NCBI GenBank assembly: GCA_965603825.1
Contig: CBFDEM010000012.1
Location: 1 to 64,000 of the forward strand
Length of the DNA stretch: 64,000 bases
Source: Blepharisma stoltei ATCC 30299
Taxonomy: Eukaryota > Protista > Ciliophora
Reading direction: 5' to 3'
A program made the translations under genes and the position numbers. Under the pieces are notes generated by a model. That model did not search any database. It was not told the origin of the DNA and saw nothing but the letters and a program-made list of their open reading frames with translations. How positions within the stretch are numbered: position 1 is the stretch's first letter; each line of letters opens with the position of its first letter. Positions 24,291-37,032 of the stretch are shown here, in pieces.

Positions 24291-25958
24291 ATGTCAGTCC
24301 CCAATAAATTATCATCTAATTGTCAGGATATAAGTAAAAGAAGCAAAAACACTAAAAACGGGTCAAAAAACTTAGCTAGAGTTGCTAAAGCTCCTAAAGC
24401 ATCTCAACAAAAACCAAAAATAGACAAAGAGAGTCTAAACCTAAATAGAAATGAAATTCATATAAGTCATTTAAATACTTGCCGCATAGATAGAGAAGAA
24501 ATGAAAGAAATTTATGAATTCGCTTATAATATCGCTAAAAGTAAAAGCCCAAGTAATAGGAGAAATAATGATAAATCCTTTCAAAAAGATCAACTTTGAA
24601 GCCCTCAAACTCCAACCAACTCTAATCAGGCATCTAATTTAAGCAATCTACAACCTTCAAAAGATGATAAAAATAAAGGGATTCAGAAAAAGCCAAGCGG
24701 ATATAAATTTGTAGAAAAGAAATATAACTATTTCAATAAATATCATGGAAAAATTGGATATCAACCTCAAGAGCAGAATTTTGAAGCTAAAAATTTTCAA
24801 AGTAGCCCGGCTTTGCCAGTAAACGAAGATAATATAAAAATCCCTCCACCTCAGGTAAACAATTTAAGTTCCAATGATAGCTCTATTAGCAAACAGATAA
24901 AACGAAGTGCTTCATTAGGCCTCAATAAGCAAGAAAAGGTCTCCGATAATTATAGAGCAATGGATAAAGCTATAAATAGCACAAATCCTGGCGGCAACCA
25001 AATCGAATTAAAAAATGATATGTCCCAAATCTTTAGTTTTGAATTGGGAAAAATTAGCAGTCAAATAGTTCAAGCTTATCATACAGCTGAAAACTTCCAA
25101 AACATAGATAATCCTAATTCTGACATTATCTTGCCCATCCCAAAATCTAGCCCTAAAGTTAATTGCAACATTGGCTTACCTTGCATTGGTAATAGTTGCT
25201 ATATGAATTCTGTGCTGCAAATACTTGCAAGCACAGAAGGCTTTGATGGAATCATTTCTACAATTAAGATTCCTTTGTTCTCTAGTCTTGCTAATGTTTT
25301 GCAGATTATAAAAAGCAAATCAGAGCATAATTTATCTTTACATTTATCCCAATTCAAAAATGCATTAGGCTCAGAATTTTCAATGGTAACTTTTATTTAG
25401 CTTCAAGGATGAAGACAAAATGACCCTAAAAATCTATTTCAAATTATTGTTTCAAAATTAACTGAGCAAAAGCCTGCATTTAACTTATTTTTAATACAAC
25501 TAGAAAAAATTCTGATATGCAGAAGCCATGAGGCAGTTATAAAGAATGAAAATATGTCGATTTTTATGGTGGATACAAGTAAGAAAAGAAATATGCAGAG
25601 TTATGTAGACGAATTAAAGAATCCTGAGAGCTTTAAAGGGGCAAATGCACTTTACTGTGACAGATGTGGATGCTTGAGGGATATGGTAATTGAAACAAAA
25701 CATATTGAGACCTCTGCTAATTTAGTTTTTTATTTATTTCCATCTGCGTATTTTATTCCAGACAGTCACATATACATTGAAAATAACGACTATACGCTTT
25801 ATGGAGTCATCTGTTATAAAGCTTCTGGGTGTTATTCTGCTTTTACTTATTGTGAAGCTGGAAGTACCTGAATTGAATATAGTTGCTCAAAGATAGCACC
25901 TGTTGATCTGCCTGATTTTAGATATGTTTGCATGCTTTTCTATAAAAATAAAATTTAA
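24291..25958 (+). CDS. Divergent USP/C19 paralog, ~550 aa, low-complexity N-terminus, predicted inactive, 15-nt intron 25386-25400
   Basis: GLPCIGNSCYMNSVLQ intact, CDRC finger. His box reads YKASGCYSAF...WIEYSCS, so His and Asp are lost. Intron gtaacttttatttag is at the same position as in the array. Confidence 0.87.
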
Positions 25959-26171
25959 TTAGCCACTTTTAAACAAAATCTTACATATTTTATTAAGGGT
26001 TTATTACTTCTGCAAATATTAATTCAAGATCCCAAATTTTGTAATTTCAAAATTTAGAGCCCATAGGTACCACCTTTATAAGTGAGATTAATGCTTGTAT
26101 ATACCAAAATACCTTTAAATTTGCATACCCTCACATTTTTATCAGACCCTAGTATAATAACATCGTAATCT

Positions 26172-28268
26172 TTATAGCAACAAACCATGTTTTTCAAAAT
26201 TCGGTACTTCTAAAGGATAAGAAAAAGAGTCTTCTCAGCTTGAGCTTGGATGAATTTTTTCTGTTTTCATTGAATGGACATTTACAAAATTTTTGCTAAA
26301 TTGATAAGAAGCTGGCATCACATCAGGCGACTTATCAAAATCGTCTCCTAGTAGCTTGGCTTCTTCTATTAGCGCTAATCTTGAATCAAATGTCAATCTT
26401 GAAGAATCAGTCTGATAAGACCTTGCTTTCTGCATCAAAGTAGCCCTATTTTTAAAAGACCCAAAGTTTTCTGGCCTGCCAGGGAGGTTTTTAATCCCAT
26501 ACCTTCTAAATTGTTCAATCCCCGCCACTTTCTTTTTAAACGATTTATTCGAGTCATTTTTTTCATTTTTTTTAACAGTTTTTGAAATTTTGTATTTTCT
26601 ATAGTCAGATTTTCTTATAATAGAATTATAGTCCACAATATAAACATATCGTTTGCAGTCTCTAGCTGTATGCCCCATTTCTGAACAAAAATAACACCTA
26701 ACACCGAGCGCACTTAAATCTTGTTCACATTGCCTTACTAATAGCTTTGTGACCTCTTCTTCATTATGTCTTACTTTAATAAGATTATTGAATTTTGAAT
26801 GTTTCAGCTCAAAAAGCTCAGTATAGCCTGTAGAGCTTACAGAAGCACATCTTTTTTGGCCTAGAAAAAAGCCAATTTCTCCGAAATACTTTCCTTTAAA
26901 AAGTTCTCTAAAAGTGGTCAAAGTTTTTTGGTCATAAATTTCTACCGACCCATTAAAAATCCAATACATGCTCCTTTCCAGCTGGTCTTCTTTTACAATT
27001 CTATCATGAGGCCCAAACACCTCTACATCTAAAAAATGAACCAAATACCTTAAGAAATACTGGCTATAGTTCCTAAATGGAGCACTATTAATTAAATACA
27101 ACCCTCTTGTCCTTAATAAAATTTCTTCTTTTATTGTTAAAGAAAAAGACTGTAAAACTTCTGTTTCGTCCAAGATATTTTCATCAGCAATTCTTTCAAG
27201 GTTTTCTATATAGCGGAAAACCTTGGCTTTTAGCGCAGATGGCAATTTATGACTGTTCATATAGTATTTTATCTGAAGAGCTATATTTCTATAGTAAGCT
27301 GATCTTTCTCCTGATTTTGCGATGGCTTCTTTAACTCCTTCAATTAAATACCCATAAATAAGTCCAGACGTATACATGACTAATAGCACCAATATTTTTT
27401 CTCTGGGATCTGTGGCGATTGATAAATATCCGACTGTAGCCATGGTTTCAAAGACATAGAAGAAGTAATATATATATTTGTCAAACCGAGGAATATTGAA
27501 ATTACTTCAGGCTTCTGGGAGTGTCTGATATGATAGACGGTGGGCAGAAAAAACAATGCATGACATCCAATGTACAGCATAAAAGGCAAGACCTAAGAAT
27601 GATAGGACCCTTATTAGGACCATAAGAGTTGGGCTGGGGAATTGGTTCATCATATTGTATAATACTCTTTGCACTTTAGAAAACCTTAAAAGCCGTAATA
27701 ATCAAAGGGTTTTTATTAAATATAAAGAGTCAAATTCAAAAGGATTGCTTGGGTCTTCTTCAACAGCTGATAATTCCATATAAGGCAGCATATCTTCAAG
27801 TGGAATAGAAGATACTAGATCTCAAAAAAATCAGGATTTCAAGTAACGCTTGCATATAAGCTTATGATCCTTTATCAAAATGCTCCCTGTATAGTAGCCT
27901 GTGTTAAAATTGATCAAAATATCTAAATAACAAAAAACTTCAATAAACTTGATAATCAAGCTAAAGTTACTTACATTTCCATAACTTAACGCGAAAGGCA
28001 AGGTAAACGCTAAGTAAAGAATTTGAAAAACGCCTAAAATATCTCAACCCAGTTTTCATAAGCTGTCAGGCTTCAAAACTCCAAAACTTAGACGTCATTC
28101 TTTAGTTTTATGAGTATCCGGAAAATAAGAGTTTTTTTGTGGGATTTTAGTTAAATTTTGAGCAAGAAAAGTTCTGGTTATGGCCCTTTTCAAGACACTT
28201 CGAGCTATCGAAGAACTGGCTCAGCTTTTTTTTGAAGATTGAGACGCAGTGCTTTTGGTTTCATTCAT
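26172..28268 (-). CDS. Cyclic-nucleotide-binding cation channel (KCNH/HCN/CNG superfamily), ~698 aa
   Basis: With UGA=Trp: LGWDILG, DILINFNTGYY, YLKSWFFWDLVSSIP, pore TMATVGYLSI, CNBD YFGEIGFF...RCASV, then a CCHC knuckle. Stop TAA 26172. Confidence 0.92.
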
Positions 28269-29259
28269 ATTTATGTTTTCTGTATGTAGTTAATATTCAT
28301 GATGCAATGGATCTTCCATGTAAATTTTCAAAAGTAGGGTGTTAATTTGACAAAGAGAATTCCTAGGCTTATAAATTGTTTAATAATTATTTTTGATTTA
28401 TATAAAGGATTACTTGAATATTGTGTGTTTTGCTCATTGAGAACAATTTTGAATTGTTATCCTTATTCTGACAAATTTATCAAATCTTAAAAGAATAGGA
28501 TCGAGGTTTTTTTTTAAAAGAAGACTCACATATTTTATTTAATAGAGAAAACTGGTATATTTATATGTATTTTTAGATATTGATGTAAGCATCTTGAAGA
28601 AAAGAAAAATAATACTAAATCAGAAGTGATATATATTTTAAATTTGGTGAAACCGACATACTGATCAAAATTTGATAAAAAAACAACAGAATTAGAAAAA
28701 AATTTTAATTTATTAAATAGAAGGAAAATAATATTGCAAAAATAAATAGCTTGGGCATGTGCTAAAGAATTTCGAGAAGAAATAGTAAGGCTGAAGTGTT
28801 GATTTATATTTAGCATCAAAAAATTATAATTTGTGAGATCTTTCTTATATAAGAGTATATAGCCAATTAGCTATTATAATATTAAGGAATGATATAAAGA
28901 GTTTTGAAGCAAGTAACAGTGAGCGAGAAATTTTATTTGGGGAATTTTTATAGTAAGATTGATGTGGTCAAGAAATCATAAACTTTAAGCATTTTTAAAA
29001 ATACTAAAATCAATCAAATTTTTATATTATTTATTAAAAATAATTTTTATCTATTGCGAATGCGTCTAGTCTTTTACTGAGATTAACTTTAAATTCTTTA
29101 AATAATCTCAATTTATATTCGATTTATTAGTATTAATATGCATGAATAAAGAAGTTAAAACACTAGCAAAATTTTCCAATTTCTAATGCAGATCACGCTA
29201 ATTTCATTAGTCATATCTGAACATATAATTTTAACCACTTTAAATTTTCTAATAATTAC

Positions 29260-29871
29260 TTATAAATCTTCTTGTATTTTTCTCAGTTTTCGAGCTTCAG
29301 ACTCCACATACCCTGGATGGCTTCTAGACATATGCCCTCCAAGTGCTTGCCCTGACTTAAACTCTTTGCTACAGGCTTTACATACAAACTTGTATTTGAT
29401 TCCGCATTCATCGAATTCTTCATACTCATCTCTTGATACATAAATCACTGGGGTGTGATTTATTACATTTGGTCTGTATCTCGCACATAAGATTTTATCT
29501 TCTTTTTGCCCTAGACAAGGCAGCATACTTAATTGGCTTAATGAAACAGGTGGCCCTGCATTGCATTGAGATGAGATGTCTTGCTTATTTTTCATTGCAG
29601 AAATTTCAAGCTGCATCTCATCAGGAATTTTGTCAAGGAAATAAATTTCTTTGACAGTATTATGGCTTAATGGGATTGAGATGTCTTCTTCTTCGCTTTC
29701 AAAGTCTTCCGCAAATAGGGATTCATGAGCCATGCAGCAGAAGTGAGGAAATGAGTAAGAATGATAGTCCTTAAGGATGCAGTAATTCCCTTTGCATTGG
29801 AGATCAGCTATAGGTGAGGAATATTGCTCGTGACAGTGAAGATCGGACCGATCCTGAGAAGCTTGGAGCAT
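29260..29871 (-). CDS. Single C2H2 zinc-finger protein with QALGGH motif, 203 aa
   Basis: FVCKACSKEFKSGQALGGHMSRSH near the C-terminus. Confidence 0.88.
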   Translation of the reverse strand: MLQASQDRSDLHCHEQYSSPIADLQCKGNYCILKDYHSYSFPHFCCMAHESLFAEDFESEEEDISIPLSHNTVKEIYFLDKIPDEMQLEISAMKNKQDISSQCNAGPPVSLSQLSMLPCLGQKEDKILCARYRPNVINHTPVIYVSRDEYEEFDECGIKYKFVCKACSKEFKSGQALGGHMSRSHPGYVESEARKLRKIQEDL

Positions 29872-30575
29872 TGTATCTATTATAGGATACGAAAGATCGG
29901 GAATATTTTTGGATACTCTATAAGTTAGTGAAGAAAAAGATATGGAATAAAATAAATAGATGAAATTTAGTTTGAATTATAAGGAAAAATTGATAATTTA
30001 AGCAACAAGCTTTGATTATTTCATGGCTAACCAGCCATCAAAAGTTAATTTTTAAATTTGTATTTTTTGAAATTTCGCATTAAGTAAAAAAACCCTTCGA
30101 TTTATTATTTAAGCAAAATATTAGCAGAAATAAAGTGCATTCTAAGCTCTAAAATTAATTTTTTAGCTTCAATATAATAATAAATATAATTAAAATTTAT
30201 AGAGGATTTTTAATTTTGACAACAAAATAAAAAATCAATTAAAAGCCAAAAGATTTGCCCCAGAGATTATAAGAGCACTATTATATTTTTATCTGACCTC
30301 AGGCAATAATTAAATTCTATAATCCTCTTATGAATTGATTTATAATTCCAGCCACAGCCTGAAGTAATCTGACATTCTAGATAAAAATCGCTTCCAACCG
30401 CCAAAGCAATATAAGCAGCTAACCGCCACATAAATTCAAAAATTTTCTCATTAAATCCCTAATTTTAAATCCCCAGCCTAATTTCTCTGCTTCTTAGAAC
30501 TTTCCATCATTTCTTCCTTAATCAAAATTGCCAGTTTTTAAAGCCAGTGCAGTGTTGACTAATATATATGGGATA

Positions 30576-33566
30576 ATGTCAGACTCTCTCCACGAGTATT
30601 ATTCGATCTCTCCTGAGGCACTATCGAAACTGTTTGAATCAGATGGAATCCGCAATGGAAAAAGTCTCGCAATGTTGCAAGAATGAGACGGAATCACTGG
30701 TCTTTGTAAGCTTATAGAATCAGATGTCAATCATGGGATCTGTGAGGACGCAAAAGAGCTTTCTAAGCGCGCGCATCATTTTGGGGATAACCGTCCTCAC
30801 ATCTATCATTCTCAGTCCTTTTTCCACTTCTTAATTGAGCCACTCCAAGACACGGTTCTCAGGATCCTCATTGGCGCCGCCTTCATTTCGTTAATTGTAG
30901 GCGCCATTGAGGAGCCAGACCAAGGCTGGATCGAAGGGATCGCAATTCTCGTCACTGTATGCATCGTCTGTTTCGTCACTGCTATAAACGACTATAAAAA
31001 AGAAGCTCAATTCATCAAGCTAAACCTCCAAACCGACATCTGTAACTTAATCGTCATTAGGGACGGTATTGAAAAAGAAATCCACCAAAAAGACCTAATG
31101 ACTGGAGACCTGCTATGCGTGGCAACTGGGGATATTTTAGCTGGCGACGGAATTTACCTTAGAGGAAGTGGGCTGAGCATTGACGAAAGCTCTATAACAG
31201 GAGAAAGCAAACTCGTTAAAAAATTAGCACTTATTCATGGGCATGAAAAATCAAATGACCCTTTTCTCGTTTCTGGGTCAAAAATCATTGAAGGAAGCGG
31301 AGTTGTCTTAATTTTGGCTATCGGGCCACATTCAGTTACAGGGAAAAACAGAAGGATGATGAGCACCCTTGTAGACGAGCCAGACACCCCTTTACAAGAA
31401 AGACTAACTTTACTAGCAGAATTTTTGGGGAAAATCGGGCTATATGGTGCTTTATTGCTAACAGTAGCTTTACTTCTACACTTATTCATAGCCGCAGGAA
31501 TTGATAAAGAATGGGGATCTGACCAATGGAAACTGCTTATTGACGCATTTATTTTAGGAATCACCATTCTCGTTGTCGCAATCCCAGAAGGTCTCCCACT
31601 TGCTTTGACTTTGTCTATGGCTTACTCAATCCTGAGGATGAAAAAAGAACAAATCTTCGTCAGACACCTCAAAGGCTGCGAAGTCATGGGAGCTGCCACC
31701 AACATCCTCTCAGACAAAACAGGGACTTTAACCCAAAACAAGATGACTGTAACCAAAGCCTTTTTACTTGGAGAGTCCTATGATAACTCAGAATGCTCCA
31801 CATTATCTCTTGAAGAAAAGAAAATCATTGCAGAAGCCATCGCAAGAAACACTACTGCATTTATCAATGTAAAAGACGGCAAAAAAGAAATGGTCGGAAA
31901 CAGAACAGAAGGTGCATTACTTATGATGTGCCAGGACTGGAAACAAGATTATCATTTCTATAGGAATACAGAGCTGTCTAAAGCACAGTTTGCCTTTAAC
32001 CCAAGGACTAAAAGAATGACCACTGTATATGAACCAACTGATGGAGAAGTTTTGGTATATACAAAAGGGGCAGGAGAGGTCATTCTTGATATATGTGAAG
32101 ATGAACTATTAAATGGAGGAGAAAGACGAAAATTGACTGATGAGAGGAAATGGCAAATAATTGATGTGATAAATGAATATGCAGGGCAAAGCTTGAGAGT
32201 TATAAGTTTAGCTTATAGAAAAACAACGTGGAAAGGACTGGAAATTGATGATAAAGATGCAGGAATTAATCAAGCCCAAGCTGAAAAAGGGCTAACTTTT
32301 CTAGGACTTGTAGGCATTGAAGACCCGCTAAGGCCAGAATCCAGGAACTCAGTGAAAAAATGCTTAGTGGCCGGAGTCACTGTTAGGATGGTTACTGGAG
32401 ATTCTGCAGAAACAGCTAAACGTATCGCTAAAAGCTGTGCAATCCTACCGCATGGAGTCCTAGACGACGAGCTCGACAATTACGTTATGGAAGGCTCAAA
32501 ATTCAGAGAAAAAGTAGGCGGACTAGTCACTGTGACCAACACCGAAGGCAAAGTTGAGTCTTTCAAAGTCGGAAACATGGAAGCCTTTAAAGAAGTTGCT
32601 CCACGGCTTAGAGTTATAGCAAGATGCTCTCCTGAGGACAAACTTCTCTTTGTGATTGGGCTCAAAGAAATGGGAGAAGTCGTCGGTGTCACTGGAGATG
32701 GCTCAAATGACGCCCCTGCCCTAAAACAGTCTGATATTGGCTTAGCCATGATGTCAGGGACCCCGCTTGCAAAAGAAAGCTCTGATATCATTTTACTTGA
32801 CGATAATTTCGAAAGCGTCGTAAACTCAGTCAAATGGGGAAGAAATGTATACGCCTCTATAAGAAAATTCTTGACTTTCCAAATGACCTGCAATGCTGTA
32901 GCTTTAGCTATCAGCATTATTGGAGCAATTACAGTATCTGACTCTCCATTAAGCGCAGTACAAATGCTCTGGGTCAATCTAATTATGGACGCTTTGGCTG
33001 CTTTAGCCTTAGCCACAGAACCCCCAACTGACGAACTTTTCTATACAAAACCCTTTGGACGGACTGAAAAAATGATCACTAAGGACATGTGGATTTCAAT
33101 GGCGACCCAAATGGTCTACCAATGCACTATTTTGTTTATATTTTTATATGATGGGCCGAATATGCTTGACATTGAAGAAGGATATGGCCATGAAGAGTGG
33201 AGCCAAGAAAACGGGACCCATTTTACCTTGATTTTCCATACCTTTGTTATGTGCCAGGTTTTCAATGAAATTAACTGCAGAAAGCTCTCACTGACTGAAA
33301 TTAATGTATTTAGAGGGTTTTTTAATAACCCACTGTTCCTTGGAATCATGGCGGTAACTACTATTGTCCAATTACTACTTGTGCAGTATGGAGGAAACCC
33401 AGTCAAAGTGTCTGGGCTTAGCTTTGAACATCATCTGATTTGTACAGCTTTTGCATCAGGCTGCTTAGTTGTGTCTCTGATTACGAGATTGACTTATAAA
33501 GCCATGCAGAAAAAGGAGCGAGTTCTTGACGAAGGAATGTCGCCTTTGATCTTGAATCCTTATTAA
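30576..33566 (+). CDS. P2B-type (PMCA-like) Ca2+-transporting ATPase, ~996 aa
   Basis: Start extended to ATG 30576 through one TGA. Motifs DESSITGES, VAIPEGLPLA, DKTGTLT, KGAGE, MVTGD, TGDGSNDAPAL, QMLWVNLIMD. Confidence 0.96.
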
Positions 33567-34005
33567 TCTATTAATAGCCTTAGATTAATGGGCATGGATT
33601 TATTCCAATAATACGGCTTTATTCTTTTAAATTCAGGGTGACTCTTGGGAGTTTAGCTTAGGTGAACTTCATAGTAGAGAATTTATCTGATAATATGGCT
33701 AGGATAGATCTAGTGGAGAGATAAAGAGATTGGGAGTCTTTCGATGGATCTTATGGGAGAATGGCCAAATCGTAAAGGAGAAAATCCATTTTTGGATTTT
33801 TATCCAAAAACAAGATATATTGGATATCTTGATTATTTTTATTACTACACAAAAGTACATTAGAGAATAATATTTCAAATAATTTATTTGAATTTTATTG
33901 ATGTAGATACTTATAAAACATTAAGTTTTTAATAAATTTTCTAAACAAAATAGCATTTCTTAATGTAAAGCTGGTAATCTCTAAACTGACTAATTTAAAG
34001 TTAAT

Positions 34006-34884
34006 TTAATCTTCAAATAAAAACTCCCCATGTGCTAAAATATCTTCACTTGAAACATCTGGAGGTTTCGGATACCCCGTTTCAAATTTATAATTTCTTG
34101 CCTCAGTCGGAAATAGCCAAAACAGTACATCATCTCCTATAACTTGTAAAAAATTCGGTATAATCCCTTGATCATATCTTGATTCCTACATTTATTTTAC
34201 CATAGGGTATACTTTGCATAAAATAAACCCAAAATTAACTCCCATTTCTTTAAAATATTCAAGACTTGAAATATTGCTAGAAATAAGTTTAACTTGAAAC
34301 ACCAGCAAAGTCAGACAAAAATAGCTAAAAAATCCCACAATAGCAGCATGCATATAAAACAAGCCCTTTACAAGTATATTCGAAAGTGTGCTAGGACCTG
34401 GGCCTAATAAGTAAGTAATGCACAAAAATACATGTGTGGATCCTCCAAAACCTGTATAAAATATATACCACAAGAAATTCTTGTGTGTCCTTAGTCCTAC
34501 ACATGTATTTGTCCATCTACAGTGATGGTCCATTCTTAAAGTGCATTGTTTACAAGCTGTGCAATGATGGCTCCTTTCAATTCTATCAATATTGCATCTC
34601 TTGCAAAATTCGTTAGGATTTATTTGGTTTTTTGTAGTTTTTCCTGGGGATTTAAATGCAGTTAGGAGTAAATTGTACATGGTAAAGGACCATACGTGAA
34701 AATAAACTGCAAGCCAAAACTCATAGTAATATTCCGGGTAGTGATCTGGATGGGATCTTGGGTCTTCAAGGACTACGAAATAGATTGAAATAAAGCAGAA
34801 AATAGTCATGAGTAGGGTAAACATAAAAACCTTTTGGCTAGGCTTGTCTTCAAACATATGGGAGTCGTGATCGTGCTTTGCCAT
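34006..34884 (-). CDS. DHHC palmitoyltransferase, ~287 aa, 15-nt intron 34186-34200
   Basis: CKRC...RSHHCTACKQCTLRMDHHCRW. Intron gtaaaataaatgtag restores the YDQG..NFLQV.G motif. Confidence 0.94.
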
Positions 34885-35046
34885 TTTATAGTCTGAGAGG
34901 GTAATTTATTTAATCTTGCATATTAAATTAATTTAAGAAAGATTTTATAATAGAATTATTGCTATTATTTTCGTTTTTTGTGTATAAATTATTTATTTTT
35001 GTTATGCATTATAATAATATTTTTATTAGTTTAAATCTTTTATTAA

Positions 35047-35883
35047 TTATCTTTCATAGAGTTCAAATCTTTTATGTCTTCTTGTCCAGATGCTGCCTCT
35101 ATTTTCATTTAACACCCCAAAGTCAATATCTTGGACTACCAAGCCTTCATCAAACTCTGTAGAGCTTAGAATTTCTCCCCAAGGATTAACTACCATAGAA
35201 TGGCCATAAGACACATATTCACTGCTCGTATTTCTGGCTTGAGAGCATGCAGCTACAAAAATCTGATTATCAACAGCTCTTGATCTGAGCAAAAGTTCCC
35301 AGTGCTTAGGGCCTGTTGTCATGTTAAAATTCCCTGGGTATACTAATAATCCTACATCTTCTGACTTAGAAAGAGTCCATGCATATTCTCCGAATCTCAA
35401 GTCATAGCAGATCCCGACCCCAATTTTACAATAAGGAGTCTCAATGATAGTTGGCTCATTTCCTGCAGTCAAAACGTCACTTTCGAAAAAGACGATTTTT
35501 CCAGGGACGTTTATATCGAAGAGATGAACTTTTCTGTGCTTCTTGAGGATCTGGCCATCTGGGGAGACACATATCGAAGTGTTATAGAGCTTATTTCCTT
35601 CACGCTCAGGAATTGAACCACCTATAATATGAACTTGATGGTTTCTTGCAGCTTCAAGTAGAAAATGGACTGATGGGGATGTTTCTGGAGTTCCTGGGAT
35701 TTCTTCTGCATAATCTGCGAAATATTTGGTAGAATAAGGAGAATTAAAGCACTCAGGAAGAACTATAACTTGTCCGCCGGCTGCTGTAGCTTGTTGGATC
35801 AGATCTCGAGCTTTGGACAGGTTAGCAACTTTATCATGACCTGCTGAGAATTGACATAAAACTAATCTGAAATTTCTTAACAT
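35047..35883 (-). CDS. NIT2: Omega-amidase, nitrilase family, ~278 aa
   Basis: LPECFNSPY, HRKVHLFDI, GICYDLRF (E-K-C triad), FNMTTGPKHWELL, RAVDNQ. Confidence 0.92.
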   Translation of the reverse strand: MLRNFRLVLCQFSAGHDKVANLSKARDLIQQATAAGGQVIVLPECFNSPYSTKYFADYAEEIPGTPETSPSVHFLLEAARNHQVHIIGGSIPEREGNKLYNTSICVSPDGQILKKHRKVHLFDINVPGKIVFFESDVLTAGNEPTIIETPYCKIGVGICYDLRFGEYAWTLSKSEDVGLLVYPGNFNMTTGPKHWELLLRSRAVDNQIFVAACSQARNTSSEYVSYGHSMVVNPWGEILSSTEFDEGLVVQDIDFGVLNENRGSIWTRRHKRFELYER

Positions 35884-35971
35884 TATAAAAATATACAAAT
35901 TTTATTGCACCATATAATTCTAAATGTTAAATTAATTCACCTCAGAATGCAATAAAATATTGGGAAGAGTC

Positions 35972-36594
35972 TATAACATTTTTTGAGTACTTGCGTGGAA
36001 AGTGATGATATTTAAAATAGACAGTGAGCATATTACCTATAGAGAAGAATTTGGTAGACGCAAGGAGAAAAACACTACTGGGCGTAAAAGTTATTAAATT
36101 GGTTCTTTTAAGACCGCTAAAGTGCTAATTTGTTATGAACCGGTTAATTTTCTATTTTCATGTTCAGTGCTCTTTCTTCATGAAGCGTAAATTAGGGAGA
36201 TCTGAGTTAGCATGTTCTGGCAACTCATGGCAGCAGAATTGATGCATGGGCTGTGAGCGGCCTACTAGTGAACCATATAATCTTTTCCTAGCCAAGGTAT
36301 AAAAGTATTGGAGGTTTTGCTTTCTCAAGCAGAAGGAACTACGTAAAAGAAAGCTTGCATGCCCTTTTAGCTCATATCAGATGCTCCCTTCCCGACATCT
36401 CTAAGTTTTCTATTCCCTTTTAGAATCTTCTCACATCTACCCCCAACTCTTCAGATGAGATCACAAATCCAGTCCAGCTAAGATGCTGAGTGTTTTTACT
36501 CTTTACGTTTATCAAATTCTTCCCTAAAGGCAATAACCCTCACCGTCTATTTCAAATATCATAGCTTTCCACACAACTACTAAAGAATGCTATA
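35972..36594. mobile_element. Degenerate TIR element (MITE-like), ~620 bp, ~105-bp inverted arms, TATA at both ends
   Basis: 35972-36076 aligns with the reverse complement of 36489-36594 at roughly 80% by eye. No transposase ORF seen. Confidence 0.7.
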
Positions 36595-37032
36595 CTTGTC
36601 TGATATATGATCTTATAATGAGTTGTCTTATAACATCTTTTCCATATAAAGAAGGCCTTAATAAAATTCACATTAACACCACAAATCTAAATTTCAAACT
36701 TTTTATGCCCACTGTTAAGTATTTTCTGTTAAGTTTATACAAATTTAGAAATAATTTATTATTGAATAATTTTTCTTGATGATCATAAATTTTATTCTTC
36801 CTTTTGTAAAAATTTCGATCGTTAAAAATTCGGCTAAATTATCCTGGAATGAAAAGTCAGTGAATAAAAGGTTAATTAGAAATGGCCAAAACAATTATTA
36901 TATAAATCGATGAGTATTATAGATTAAATCATAAAATCTTCTTCGGCTCTTGTTCAAATAAAAAATAGTAGAGAAATAAGCCATATTAACTATATGATTT
37001 CAAGCGATAACAATCACTAAATTATAATAATA

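Noticed and set aside
28535-28819. 94-aa minus-strand ORF
   Set aside because: Extremely AT-rich F/I/N-biased translation, typical of intergenic DNA.
36076-36090. tactgggcgtaaa, matching a conserved bacterial 16S word
   Set aside because: Only ~13 nt match and the flanks show no rRNA similarity.
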